Assembly (NCBI GenBank): GCA_965116475.1
Contig: OZ220691.1
Location: 3,264,001-3,328,000 of the forward strand
Source: Gemmatimonadota bacterium
Lineage (GTDB): Bacteria; Gemmatimonadota; Gemmatimonadetes; Palauibacterales; Palauibacteraceae
Length of the DNA stretch: 64,000 nt
Direction of reading: 5' to 3'
How positions within the stretch are numbered: the first letter of the stretch is position 1; each line of letters starts with the position of its first letter. Below are positions 53,216 through 63,473 of the stretch, one piece after another. The position numbers and the translations under genes were made by a program. The notes under the pieces were generated by a model. That model did no database searches, had not been told where the DNA came from, and worked only from the letters and a program-made list of their open reading frames with translations.

Positions 53216-54417
53216 TCGTAGACCATCCACAGCGGGCCCGGGAAGAGCCACGACAGGCCCTCGCGCAGGCGGTCGCGCCAGTTCTCCCAGTTGTGGCCGT
53301 CGCGCGACTCGACGAAGCGCACCTCCGCGCCGCCGCGACGGAGGGCCGGGATCAGGGCCCGGTTCTCCGAGACCAGCGGTTCGTACACGCCCACGGAGAC
53401 GAACGCCTTCTCGGCGATGGCGGTCGGCGCGGCCCGGTAGGCGTTCATCATGTCGACGACGCGGTCGAAGACGGGGCCGCTCTCGTTGGCGCCGATATCC
53501 GTGAAGAGGAAGGAGCCCGACTGGAGGAGCAGGCGGCCGAACAGGCCGGGGTGTTCGAGCGCGGCGTGGAAGGAGGCGACGGCGCCCAGACTCGCGCCCA
53601 TCAAGCCGCGGGATGCGGGGTCGGGAAGGAGCGGATAGTCGCGCTCGAGGCGCGGGAGCAACTCCTCGGCGACGAACCGCGCGTGCGCCGGGTCCGCCGA
53701 GTATTCCGACATCCGGTCGGCCGGGTGCAGGAGGGCGACGATCATCCGGGGGATCTCGAAGCGATCGATCAGCCGGTCGAGCACGTGTCGCAGGCCGGCG
53801 TACTCGACGTAGTCTCCGCCGTCATGCACGACGAGCAGCGGGTAGCGCCGGTTGGCGCGGAACTCCGCCGGACGGTACACGGTCACGTGCCGCGCGGACT
53901 CGAGTGCCTCGCTCTCGACGGCGAGTTCGTCCACCTCCCCGCGCCGGACCTCCTCGTTCTCGCGGGCCCAGTCGGGGATCTCGTAGCCCCGCGCCTGCAC
54001 GACGGAGTTCGCGCCGAATGGATCCCGGGCGCGCTGGGGGTTCAGCGGGTCCTCGATCCACTCCGCGCGCCCGCCGCCGAGGACCTCGATCTTGTACTCC
54101 ACCCGCGATTCGTCGGGGAGTTCGAGCGTGTAGCACCACAGATCCGTGCCGTCGAGGCGGCGGAAGGGCGCCGAGGTCTGGAGGCCGTGCACCCAGTTCC
54201 GGAGCCGGACGGCGTCGGCATGGCCCCGGTACACGAAGGTGTAGAGGGGAGGCTCGGCCAGCGGGAACTCGTTCGCGTCCAGGAACGCGGCCACCGGGTC
54301 CACCGGATCCGCCCCGCCGGCGTGGGAGGCGAGCCGCTCCTCGAGCGCCGCGATCGCGCACGAACGCGGCATCGACGGCTCCTGCCGGTGGGCCCGGGCG
54401 TGGGGGTCGTATCGCAT
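53212..54417 (-). CDS. Esterase (Fes-like) with N-terminal CBM48/E-set-like domain
   Basis: LW..TLELP...VEYK....W.EDPLNP.....FG.NSVV; YPLLVVHDG, GASLGA, QSGSF, GHNW..WR. Confidence 0.85.
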   Translation of the reverse strand: MRYDPHARAHRQEPSMPRSCAIAALEERLASHAGGADPVDPVAAFLDANEFPLAEPPLYTFVYRGHADAVRLRNWVHGLQTSAPFRRLDGTDLWCYTLELPDESRVEYKIEVLGGGRAEWIEDPLNPQRARDPFGANSVVQARGYEIPDWARENEEVRRGEVDELAVESEALESARHVTVYRPAEFRANRRYPLLVVHDGGDYVEYAGLRHVLDRLIDRFEIPRMIVALLHPADRMSEYSADPAHARFVAEELLPRLERDYPLLPDPASRGLMGASLGAVASFHAALEHPGLFGRLLLQSGSFLFTDIGANESGPVFDRVVDMMNAYRAAPTAIAEKAFVSVGVYEPLVSENRALIPALRRGGAEVRFVESRDGHNWENWRDRLREGLSWLFPGPLWMVYE

Positions 54418-54425
54418 GGGCCGGA

Positions 54426-55430
54426 CTACGCGGCCGTACGGAAGGGGACGCGGCGGCCCGCCGCATCGAGGCGGTCGACGCCGTTCCCGCCGCTCCAGCC
54501 GCTCCGGCCATCCGCGGCCCGGTCGATGCGGTGGCCGGCGTCGAGGAGGACGCAGGGGTCGGGAGCGAAGCGGGCCGTGAGTCGCGCGCCGCGCGTCCGA
54601 TCGTCCAGCGCGAGCCGGGCGGAGGCGTGCGGCAGCGCGACGAGCCCCTCGGCAATCCCGAGCCCCGCGTCGAACACCTCGGGATGGCCCTCGCCCCACG
54701 GCGGCCGGTCGTGAAAGAGCACGACGCGCTCCGTCAGCACCATGGCGCCGGCCGACCGGCCGATCAGCGGGCGGCCGTCCAGGAGCTGCCGTCCGCCGAA
54801 CAGGCGCAGGCGGCTGAGCAGGTTCCCGACATGCCCGCCCTCGAGCACGATCGCCTCCGCGTCCTCGAGGCGCGCGTCCACCTCGCGTCGCTGCCATCGC
54901 ACGGCATCGCGCTCGGGGGGCGTCATGCGGCGCTCGAACTCCGACCGGATCTCGGTCACGCGGTCCAGGTGCCGCGCATCGAGGCGCCGAATGGCCTCGA
55001 GGGCTTCGCCGCGCTCGGCTCGAAGCACCGACTCGTCGCCCCGCAGTTCGGCCAGCCGCCGGTGCGTCTCGATGAGACCGTGGAGGCGCAGATTGTAGGC
55101 GCGTCGGAGCGTCCCGAGCCGGTCCCGCACCTCCCGGTGCGCACGCGCAAGTTCCGCGTCCGCTTCGGCGACCCTGTCCGAGCGCCGATAGAGTTCAAGA
55201 TCCACGACGCGGTCCGCGAGGCGGGGATCGATGAGCCCCTCGTTCGCTTCCCGGTCGCGCCACCCGGCGGTGATGGCCGCGATCCGCGCGCCGGGCGACA
55301 GCGCGCCCGAGGCCTCCAGTTCCCGCACCACGTCCGGGAGCGCAAGGCCGCCCCCTCGCGGACCGAGGAGGACGAGCGGCGGCCGGGACTCGGCGTCGGC
55401 AGTGGCCCGGCGCCTTCTCGCCACCCTCAT
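54426..55430 (-). CDS. Peptidase S51/cyanophycinase-like (class I GATase fold) protein
   Basis: ITAGW, GGHVG.L, GRSAGAM nucleophile motif, GLG, LPH. Confidence 0.7.
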   Translation of the reverse strand: MRVARRRRATADAESRPPLVLLGPRGGGLALPDVVRELEASGALSPGARIAAITAGWRDREANEGLIDPRLADRVVDLELYRRSDRVAEADAELARAHREVRDRLGTLRRAYNLRLHGLIETHRRLAELRGDESVLRAERGEALEAIRRLDARHLDRVTEIRSEFERRMTPPERDAVRWQRREVDARLEDAEAIVLEGGHVGNLLSRLRLFGGRQLLDGRPLIGRSAGAMVLTERVVLFHDRPPWGEGHPEVFDAGLGIAEGLVALPHASARLALDDRTRGARLTARFAPDPCVLLDAGHRIDRAADGRSGWSGGNGVDRLDAAGRRVPFRTAA

Positions 55431-56650
55431 GCGGCGCGCACTCGCACCCAGCGCCCGACCGCGTCGAGCATGCGGCGCAGTTCGTCGTAGTCCGGGTGCC
55501 GCAGCCGGAGCCAGGCGTTCGCCATGTACCCGGCCTCCACCGGCTGGGTCGGCGTGCCGAGCGGCGGCAGATGCGTGTCGATGATCCACTCCCCGAAACG
55601 GGCTTCCACCTTTTCCAGGCCCTCATACCCCGCGATCCGCCCGTTGTTGTCGGGCCGCAGCGTCACGATCCCCGCGGAGTAGCGGCGCGACGCGTCCCGC
55701 AGCTTCCGGCCATGCACGATGCAGGCCGCCCATTCGCGGTACACATCGATCTCGTTCGCCGCGCCGTACAGATCCCAGGCCCGCACGCCGGGCGGGCGGC
55801 AACCGATCTCGGAGAACTTGAGTCCCTTCTCTCCGAAGAACCATTCCATGTGGGTGGCGGAGGTCCCGATGTCGAGCGCGTCGATGACCCGCTTGCCGAG
55901 TTCCCGAACCTCCGCGTAGGCGTCGGCGGTGTCGATCCGGTTCGTGGCGATGAACTGGGGCGACACCTCCCGCGTCCGCATCGCCTCGAGCACGTTCGGG
56001 TAGTAGTGGGTCATGAAATCGTGCACCACCGTGCCGGCCACCGTGAGCGTGTCGTAGAAGGCCTCGTGCCCGTCCACGAACTCCTCGACGGCGACTTCGG
56101 CGCCATGCCCCACGCCGAGGCGCGGGAGCAGCGCCGCGAGTTGCGCCTCATCTTCGACCCGATACGTGCCCGAGGCGCCGGCCCCGGCGCGAGGCTTGAC
56201 GATGAGCGGATAACCCACCTTCCGGCCGAACCCCGCGATCTCCTCCGCGTCGCCTCCACCCATGGACTGGGCGGTCGCGATTCCCGCCGCGCGAAGGGCG
56301 TCCTTCATCGCCGGCTTGTCCCGGCACAGGTGCGCGGTCCGCACCGAAGTCCCGGCCAGCCCCGCGCCCTCCCGGACGCGGGCGACCGGGAGGATGTGGG
56401 CTTCGACCGTGGCCTCGAGGCGATCCACGGGCCGCCGGCGGTGGATTTCGTGAACGGCGTGGGCGAGCGCGCCCTCGTCGCACACGGAGCCGACCTGCTC
56501 GTAGCAGGCGAGCCACCCGTGCAGGTCGGAGCCCAGCGCCTCCGGCGGCGCTTCGCCCACCGCAGACACTTCGGCGCCGACTTCGCGCAGGCCGCGCACG
56601 AAGTCCTTCTGGTTTCCGGGAAACAGGGGTTCGACGAATACGACGTGCAT
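55427..56650 (-). CDS. ATP-grasp domain ligase
   Basis: RDKPAMK, YPLIVKPRAGAG, EEFVDG, HMEWF, EIGCRPPG, RHP. Confidence 0.88.
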   Translation of the reverse strand: MHVVFVEPLFPGNQKDFVRGLREVGAEVSAVGEAPPEALGSDLHGWLACYEQVGSVCDEGALAHAVHEIHRRRPVDRLEATVEAHILPVARVREGAGLAGTSVRTAHLCRDKPAMKDALRAAGIATAQSMGGGDAEEIAGFGRKVGYPLIVKPRAGAGASGTYRVEDEAQLAALLPRLGVGHGAEVAVEEFVDGHEAFYDTLTVAGTVVHDFMTHYYPNVLEAMRTREVSPQFIATNRIDTADAYAEVRELGKRVIDALDIGTSATHMEWFFGEKGLKFSEIGCRPPGVRAWDLYGAANEIDVYREWAACIVHGRKLRDASRRYSAGIVTLRPDNNGRIAGYEGLEKVEARFGEWIIDTHLPPLGTPTQPVEAGYMANAWLRLRHPDYDELRRMLDAVGRWVRVRAA

Positions 56651-56774
56651 TACTTCGCCAGCGACTCGGGGGAAAAACTTCACTTTGGGGGCCCGACATA
56701 GTACAGTCCCTGCTCTCGAACGCCAGCCCGTCCGGCGGCGGCCGTCCGGCCCGTCGCGGCAACCCGGAAGGTCC

Positions 56775-57998
56775 ATGCCCAACGTCGCATTCGTCGCCCC
56801 GTTCTATCTCCCTGCCACGCTGCGTTTTCTGGAAGCCGCCGCGGGGCTGGACGGGGTGCGCCTCGGGGTCGTGACGCAGGAACCGCTCGAACGCACGCCC
56901 CCCTCGCTGCGGCGGCGCATCGCCGCGCACGTCCGCGTCGACGATGCGCTGTCGCCGGAGGGCATCCACACGGGGCTCCGCCGGCTCTCCTCCGAACTCG
57001 GCGGGGTCGACCGCCTCCTGGGCGCGCTCGAGGAGCTTCAGGTGCCGCTCGGAGAACTGCGCGACGCCCTCGGCATCGAGGGAATGGGCGCGGAGGCCGC
57101 GCGCAACTTCCGCGACAAGTCCCGCATGAAGGACGTTCTCCGGGCGCACGGCCTGCCCTGTGCCCGGCACGCGCTGGTCCGGGACGGGGACGAGGCGGCG
57201 GCTTTCTCGGACGCGACGGGCTTTCCGCTCATCGTGAAGCCGCCGGCCGGCTCCGGCGCCCGCGGCACGTTCCGCGTCGAAACGCCGGAGCAGTTGCGCA
57301 CGGCGATCGCGATGTCGCGGCCGAGCGCCGAGCGGCCGACGCTCATCGAGGAGTTCGTCGTCGGCGAAGAACACTCCTTCGATGCGGTCTCGATCGGCGG
57401 ACGCCTCATCTGGCATTCGATCAACCACTACCTGCCGTCACCGCTCGAGGTGCTGCGCGAGCCGTGGATCCAGTGGTGCGTCCTCCTCCCGCGGGAGGTC
57501 GATTCGCCCCGGTACGAGGAGATCCGGCGCGTCGCCGGCCCCGCGCTCGATGCGCTCGGGATGGAGACGGGGCTGAGCCACATGGAGTGGTTCCGGCGGC
57601 CCGACGGCTCGGTCGCGATCTCCGAAGTCGGGGCGCGGCCGCCCGGCGCCCAGTTCGTCACGCTGATCTCGCAGGCGCACGATTTCGACCTCTACCGCGC
57701 CTGGGCCCGCCTCCTCGTCTTCGGCGAGTTCGACCCGCCGCCCCGCCCCTACGCGGCCGGCGCGGCCTATCTCCGGGGACAGGGCCGGGGCGCCGTGCGG
57801 CGGGTCGCCGGCATCGAGGAGATCGCAAACGAACTCGGGCCGCTCTGCGTCGAATGGCGCCTCCCCCGCGCGGGACAGGCACAGAGCGCGTCCTACGAGG
57901 GAGAGGGCTACATCATCGTCCGCCACCCGCGCTCGGAGGTCGTCGAGGAGGCGCTGGGGCGGATCATCACCCGCGTCCAGGTGGAACTCGCCACGTAA
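56775..57998 (+). CDS. ATP-grasp domain ligase
   Basis: RDKSRMK, FPLIVKPPAGSG, EEFVVG, HMEWF, EVGARPPG, RHP. Confidence 0.88.
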   Translation: MPNVAFVAPFYLPATLRFLEAAAGLDGVRLGVVTQEPLERTPPSLRRRIAAHVRVDDALSPEGIHTGLRRLSSELGGVDRLLGALEELQVPLGELRDALGIEGMGAEAARNFRDKSRMKDVLRAHGLPCARHALVRDGDEAAAFSDATGFPLIVKPPAGSGARGTFRVETPEQLRTAIAMSRPSAERPTLIEEFVVGEEHSFDAVSIGGRLIWHSINHYLPSPLEVLREPWIQWCVLLPREVDSPRYEEIRRVAGPALDALGMETGLSHMEWFRRPDGSVAISEVGARPPGAQFVTLISQAHDFDLYRAWARLLVFGEFDPPPRPYAAGAAYLRGQGRGAVRRVAGIEEIANELGPLCVEWRLPRAGQAQSASYEGEGYIIVRHPRSEVVEEALGRIITRVQVELAT

Positions 57999-58029
57999 CG
58001 GCATAACCCAACGGCACCATGACGGAACC

Positions 58030-59247
58030 ATGAACGTATTGATGATTTCGCCGGGCTACCCGGCCGAGATGACGTATTTCACGCGCGGGCTCGCGCAGGT
58101 GGGCGCCACCGTCATCGGCCTGGGGGACCAGCCCGTGTCGGCGCTGCCCGAGATCGCCCGGGCGAGCGTGTCCCACCACCTCCAGGTGAGGTCGCTGGCG
58201 GATGAGGCGGACGTGATGCGGCAGGTTGCCGCGCTCGCCGCGAGCACCCGGATCGACCGCGTGGAGTGCCTGTGGGAACCCTTCATGATCCTCGCCGCGC
58301 GGCTGCGGGAGATGCTGGAGCTGCCGGGGCCGACCGTCGAGCAGACGCTCCCCTTCCGCGACAAGGAAGTGATGAAGGACGTGCTCGACGGCGCCGGTAT
58401 CCGGACGCCGCGTCACGGGAGGGCCACGAGCAGCGCCGAGTGCCGCGAGGTCGCCGAGCGCGTCGGCTTCCCGCTCATCGTGAAGCCGGTCGACGGCGCC
58501 GGCTCGGCAGACACGCACCGGGCCGATTCGGCGCGCGACCTCGAGCGGATCCTTCCCGCCCTCCGGCACGTCCCGCAGGTCACGGTCGAGGAGTTCATCG
58601 AGGGCGAGGACATGACCTTCGACACGGTCACGGTCGGAGGCGCCGTCGCGCACTACAACATCTGCCGCTACTGGCCCCGAGCGCTCGAGTCGAAGACGCA
58701 CGAGTGGCTCAGCCCCATCACGTACGCGCTGCGCGACGTGGAGGCGGATGATGTCGCCGCCGGTCGCGAGATGGGGTTCGCCGTGCTCGCCGCGCTCGGG
58801 TTCGAGACTGGCTACACGCACATGGAGTGGTACCGGACGGCGGACGGGGAGGCCGTGTTCGGCGAAATCGCCGCGCGGCCGCCCGGCGTGCGGACAGTCG
58901 ACCTCATCAACTTCGCGAGCGACATCGACACCTATCGCGGGTGGGCCGAAGGCGTGGTACACGCGACGTGGTCGCAGCCGGTGGAACGGAAATACAACGC
59001 CTGTTGGATCGTCAAGCGGGCGCGCGGGCATGGCCGGATCCAGCGCATCGAAGGACTCGCCCCCCTGCTCCAGGAGTACGGCGAGCGCGTGTGCAGCCTG
59101 GATCTGCTTCCGGTCGGGTCGCCCCGGCGGAACTGGCAGGCCACGCTCGTCTCCGACGGGATGATCTTCCTCCGCCACCCGGACCTCGACGCGCTGGAGA
59201 TGATCGCCGGCGAATTCGCGACCCGCCTGCAACTCTACGCCGCCTAG
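58030..59247 (+). CDS. ATP-grasp domain ligase
   Basis: RDKEVMK, FPLIVKPVDGAG, EEFIEG, HMEWY, EIAARPPG, RHP. Confidence 0.88.
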   Translation: MNVLMISPGYPAEMTYFTRGLAQVGATVIGLGDQPVSALPEIARASVSHHLQVRSLADEADVMRQVAALAASTRIDRVECLWEPFMILAARLREMLELPGPTVEQTLPFRDKEVMKDVLDGAGIRTPRHGRATSSAECREVAERVGFPLIVKPVDGAGSADTHRADSARDLERILPALRHVPQVTVEEFIEGEDMTFDTVTVGGAVAHYNICRYWPRALESKTHEWLSPITYALRDVEADDVAAGREMGFAVLAALGFETGYTHMEWYRTADGEAVFGEIAARPPGVRTVDLINFASDIDTYRGWAEGVVHATWSQPVERKYNACWIVKRARGHGRIQRIEGLAPLLQEYGERVCSLDLLPVGSPRRNWQATLVSDGMIFLRHPDLDALEMIAGEFATRLQLYAA

Positions 59248-59306
59248 CGGTCCGCGCTCGGGGGCAGGCGCTCAACCGGCGGCGGCGTTCCGGGCGCCCG
59301 GGGGCG

Positions 59307-61463
59307 TCAGTCGTTGCCGCGCAGTGACGGGACGTAGTAGTCGCGCGCGTAGTCCCGCACCATGCGGGCCGCGGTGAATCGGGCGCCGGCGACCTCGATC
59401 GCCCGCCGCGCATGTGCGAGCCAGCCCGCCGGGACGTCATCCCCGGAACCCGCGCCGGAGCGGTCGTAGTAGCGGGGGACGACCTCCTCCTCCAGGAGCC
59501 GGAAGAGGTGCCCGGCGTCGTGTTCGTCCACCTCCTCCTCGCTCGCCGTGGCGGGGGCGGGCGGGATGATCCAGCCGTTGTCGCCCTCGAACCCCTCCTC
59601 CCACCAGCCGTCCGCGGTCGCGAGTTGGGGGACGCCGTTGAGGGCCGCCTTCATCCCGCTCGTCCCGCTCGCTTCCAGCGGGATCCGCGGGAGGTTGAGC
59701 CACAGGTCGACGCCCTCGACGAGGCCGTGCGCCGCATGGAGTCCGTAGTTCTCGACGAAGGCGACCCTGCCCTCGAACTCCGGATCGCGCGTATGCTCGT
59801 ACACGCGCTGGAGGACGCGCTTGCCGTCGTCGTCCCGCGGGTGCGCCTTCCCGGCGAAGATCAGCTGCACGGGGCGGGCGGGGTCGGAGAGAAGCGCGTG
59901 GAGGCGGTCGCGGTCGCGGAAGATGAGGTCCGCGCGCTTGTAGGTCGCGAAGCGCCGCGCGAACCCGATCGTGAGCGGCTCGGGGCTCATGAGCGTGCCG
60001 GCTCCGGCGAGGTGCGCCGATTCCGGCCAGTGGTCCGGCCACCGGCGGCGAGCCTCGTCCCGCATGAGATCGAGGAGCCGGAGTTTCAGCCGGCGCCGCA
60101 CGCGCCACAGCGCCTCGACAGGCACATCGCGCACCGCGCGCCACATGGCTTCATCGCCCGGACAGTGCCGCCACCCGGCGGGGAGCCATTCGTCCAGGAG
60201 ATCCGCGATGTCGTCGCTCATCCACGTGGCGAGGTGGACCCCGTTCGTCACGTGCCCGATCGGCACCTCCGCGGCCGCCCGGCCCTCCCACAGGCCGCGC
60301 CAGATTTCCCGGCTCACGCGCCCGTGCCGCGCGGAAACGCCGTTGACTCGCCGCGACAACCGGATCGCCGCCGCCGTCATGTGAAACCGGTCCTGCGCCT
60401 CGTCGTCCGGGTGGAGACCGAGTCCGAGCAACTCCTCGCGGTGCGCGATCTCCTCCCAGAACGTCTCGCCGATCCATTCCCGCATCTGCGCGTGGGAGAA
60501 CACGTCGTGGCCCGCGGAGACGGGCGTGTGCGTCGTGAAGACCGTCGACGCGCGGACCCGGGACACCGCGCCCGCGAAGGACAGGCCGTCGCGCATCAGC
60601 CGGCGCACGCGCTCCACCATCATGAACGCCGCGTGTCCCTCGTTCGCGTGCCACGCCCCGGGCTCGACCCCGAGCGCGGCGAGCACGCGCACGCCGCCGA
60701 CGCCGAGGATCGCCTCCTGCCGCAGCCGGTGATCCGCGCCGCCGGCGTAGAGCTGGTGGGAGAGGCCCCGGTCGGCGGGATCGTTCTCCTCGAGGTCCGT
60801 GTCGAGGAGGTACAGCGAGACGCTCCCGACCCGCAGTCTCCAGCCCCCGATATGGATGCGGCGCCCGCCGCCCTGGATCGAGGCGAGCCAGGGGACGCCG
60901 TCCGCGCCGCGCAGCCGCTCCAGCGGCGTCAGGTCGGGGTCGAGCGGGTCGTCCGCGTCTTCCTGCCAGCCGTCCGGCCCCAGCGTCTGGTCGAAGTAGC
61001 CGTGCGCGTACATCAACCCGACGCCGACGAGGGGGACGCCCAGTTCGGACGCCGCCTTGAGATGGTCCCCGGCGAGCACGCCGAGCCCCCCGGAGTAGAT
61101 CGGGATGGACTCGTGCAACGCGAATTCCGCGCAGAAGTACGCCACGGGGCGGCCGCGGAGCGCGGGATGGCGCGCTTCGAACCAGGTCGGGGCGGCGTCC
61201 GCCGCATCACGCCAGGCGTCAAGCGCCGCGTCGTACCTCCGCAGGAAGACGGCATCTTCGGCCAGGCTGTGAAGGCGCCCGTCTCCGACGGTCCGCAGCA
61301 GCGCCACGGGGTTGTGGCGGGTACGGCGCCAGAGCGGCGGGTCGATGGCCCGGAAGAGGGCCGGGGCCGCCGGGTTCCACGTCCACGAGAGGTCGTTGGC
61401 GAGTTCCCACAGCCGTCCGATCCGGCCGGGGATCTTGTTGTCTGGACCCACGTGCCGCTTCAT
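59307..61463 (-). CDS. glgP: Alpha-glucan phosphorylase (GT35)
   Basis: YF.AEF....PIYSGGLGVLAGDHLK, HANEGH, FTTHTP, TNGVH, FARRFATYKR, GKAHP, EASGTSGMK. Confidence 0.95.
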   Translation of the reverse strand: MKRHVGPDNKIPGRIGRLWELANDLSWTWNPAAPALFRAIDPPLWRRTRHNPVALLRTVGDGRLHSLAEDAVFLRRYDAALDAWRDAADAAPTWFEARHPALRGRPVAYFCAEFALHESIPIYSGGLGVLAGDHLKAASELGVPLVGVGLMYAHGYFDQTLGPDGWQEDADDPLDPDLTPLERLRGADGVPWLASIQGGGRRIHIGGWRLRVGSVSLYLLDTDLEENDPADRGLSHQLYAGGADHRLRQEAILGVGGVRVLAALGVEPGAWHANEGHAAFMMVERVRRLMRDGLSFAGAVSRVRASTVFTTHTPVSAGHDVFSHAQMREWIGETFWEEIAHREELLGLGLHPDDEAQDRFHMTAAAIRLSRRVNGVSARHGRVSREIWRGLWEGRAAAEVPIGHVTNGVHLATWMSDDIADLLDEWLPAGWRHCPGDEAMWRAVRDVPVEALWRVRRRLKLRLLDLMRDEARRRWPDHWPESAHLAGAGTLMSPEPLTIGFARRFATYKRADLIFRDRDRLHALLSDPARPVQLIFAGKAHPRDDDGKRVLQRVYEHTRDPEFEGRVAFVENYGLHAAHGLVEGVDLWLNLPRIPLEASGTSGMKAALNGVPQLATADGWWEEGFEGDNGWIIPPAPATASEEEVDEHDAGHLFRLLEEEVVPRYYDRSGAGSGDDVPAGWLAHARRAIEVAGARFTAARMVRDYARDYYVPSLRGND

Positions 61464-61718
61464 CTCCTTGCTTCCAAGGGGTGCTCGTCGCTGCCGAAGG
61501 TTGGGCCGCAGCGGGCCCCCGGTGTCGATACCAGGCGCCCGGAGCGCGAACGAAGTTACCGTACCGTGACCCGCGCCACACACCCCGGCGCCGCCGCCTT
61601 TTGCGACCCCGACCGGCCCCGCCGCGTCCGGCCAACCGTTGCAGCCTCAGCGGCACGGGGCCAAACTCAGCCACCTCTCCGGGACACGACACTCACCCGC
61701 CGCTAACGGGGACAACGC

Positions 61719-63416
61719 ATGGACTTCGCCACAGTCGTAGACTGGCTCGACCGCAACATCGCGCAGTTCGGGATCACGATCGGAGGAGAGCGCCTGACGC
61801 TTCAGGTGCTGCTTCTCCTCGGCATCGGGACCTACCTCACCCTCCGGCTCGGCCTGCCGCAGATCCGCAAGTTCGCGCACGGCGTCGCGGTGGCCACGGG
61901 CCGGTACGACGACCCGAACGATCCGGGCGACGTGTCGCACTTCCAGGCGCTCACCACCGCGCTCAGCGCGACGGTGGGCATCGGGAACATCGCCGGCGCC
62001 GCGATCGCCATCCACCTCGGGGGTCCGGGGGCGCTGTTCTGGATGTGGATGACGGCCTTCCTCGGCATGGCGACGAAGTACAGCGAGGTCACGCTGGCGC
62101 AGAAGTACCGCGAGGTCGACGAGTCGTCGGCGAAGTACAGCGGGACAGTGTCGGGCGGACCGATGTACTACATCGAGAAGGGGCTGGGCCCGCGCTGGAA
62201 GCCCGTGGCGGCCTTCTTCGCCGTTATGCTGGGACTGACGGCGTTCATGACCGGCAACGCCAACCAGGCGAATACGGTGGCGGACGCGATGCTGGCCGAG
62301 TTCGGGATCGCCAAGTGGATCACCGGCCTCACGACCTCCACGATCGTCGCGCTCGTGATCCTGGGCGGCATCAAGCGCATCGGCCGCGTGACCAGTATCC
62401 TGGCTCCGTTCATGGCGATCGTCTACGTGACCGCCGCCATGATCATCATCATCCTGAACCTCGACCAGGTGCCGGGGACCTTCGCGATCATCTTCCGCGA
62501 GGCCTTCAATCCGACGGCCGGCGTGGCGGGCACCGGCGTCGGCGCCTTCCTCGTCACGCTCATGTGGGGCGTGCGGCGCGGGCTGTTCTCGAACGAGGCG
62601 GGGCAGGGCTCCGCGCCGATCGCGCACGCGGCGGCGAAGACGGACGAGCCGGTCTCCGAGGGCGTCGTCGCCCTGCTCGAGCCGTTCATCGACACGATCG
62701 TCATCGTCACGATGACCGCGCTCGTCGTGATCATGACCGGCGCCTGGAACTCGCAGGTCCTCACCGCGATCCAGCTCGAAGGCGGGGACATCAGCTACGT
62801 GGTCCTCGACGAGGGCGGCAGCTCGGTGCCGACGGATCCCACGGGAACGATCCGCTACACGCTGGGACGGCCCGGCGTGACGAGCGAGCCGCACCTCGCG
62901 TGGCACGAGGTCTCCGTGCCGCAGCTGTTCGAGGACGAGGCGCAGACGCAGCCGTTCAGCGGAGCCGTCGATCCGGCGCGGGCCGTCGCGATCGCCGACG
63001 ACGGGCGGGAACTTGCCGTCCTCTACGGGCAGGCCTACGAGACCGGCGCGCCGCTGACGCAGATGGGGTTCCAGCGCGGCCTGTCGCCGCTCGGCGACTG
63101 GGGCCACTACATCGTGATCTTCTCCGTCTTCCTGTTCGCGATCTCGACGGCGATCTCATGGAGCTACTACGGCGACCGCTGCGCCAACTACCTGTTCGGG
63201 CCGAACGCGATCATTCCGTACAAGCTCGTCTTCGTCGCGATGCACTTCGTGGGGGCCGTGCTGCCGCTCGCCGTGGTGTGGTCGCTCGGTGACATCTTCC
63301 TGGCCATCGTCATCATCCCGAACCTGATCGCGCTGATCTTCCTCGCGCCTCAGATCAAGGAGTTGACGGAGTCCTACTTCACCCGCAGCCCCTGGCAGCG
63401 GCACCGCAAGCACTAG
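61719..63416 (+). CDS. Alanine/glycine:cation symporter (AGCS, AlsT-like)
   Basis: SHFQAL.TALSATVGIGNIAG, GGPGALFWMW, GGPMYYI, RGLFSNEAGQGS, PFIDT, WSYYG, PNLIAL. Confidence 0.95.
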   Translation: MDFATVVDWLDRNIAQFGITIGGERLTLQVLLLLGIGTYLTLRLGLPQIRKFAHGVAVATGRYDDPNDPGDVSHFQALTTALSATVGIGNIAGAAIAIHLGGPGALFWMWMTAFLGMATKYSEVTLAQKYREVDESSAKYSGTVSGGPMYYIEKGLGPRWKPVAAFFAVMLGLTAFMTGNANQANTVADAMLAEFGIAKWITGLTTSTIVALVILGGIKRIGRVTSILAPFMAIVYVTAAMIIIILNLDQVPGTFAIIFREAFNPTAGVAGTGVGAFLVTLMWGVRRGLFSNEAGQGSAPIAHAAAKTDEPVSEGVVALLEPFIDTIVIVTMTALVVIMTGAWNSQVLTAIQLEGGDISYVVLDEGGSSVPTDPTGTIRYTLGRPGVTSEPHLAWHEVSVPQLFEDEAQTQPFSGAVDPARAVAIADDGRELAVLYGQAYETGAPLTQMGFQRGLSPLGDWGHYIVIFSVFLFAISTAISWSYYGDRCANYLFGPNAIIPYKLVFVAMHFVGAVLPLAVVWSLGDIFLAIVIIPNLIALIFLAPQIKELTESYFTRSPWQRHRKH

Positions 63417-63417
63417 C

Positions 63418-63446
63418 CGCCAGCCGCGCCCGATCGGCGGCTGGCG
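63418..63446. terminator. Possible terminator hairpin between convergent genes
   Basis: 10-bp stem CGCCAGCCGC/GCGGCTGGCG, 9-nt loop, weak U-tail. Confidence 0.35.
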
Positions 63447-63473
63447 CTTCGCCGGGCTGGCGGCGCCGGGCGG

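Noticed and set aside
61470..61718. Glycine riboswitch upstream of the AGCS symporter
   Set aside because: The conserved GGAGA/CCGAAG/CTCTCAGG elements are not present.
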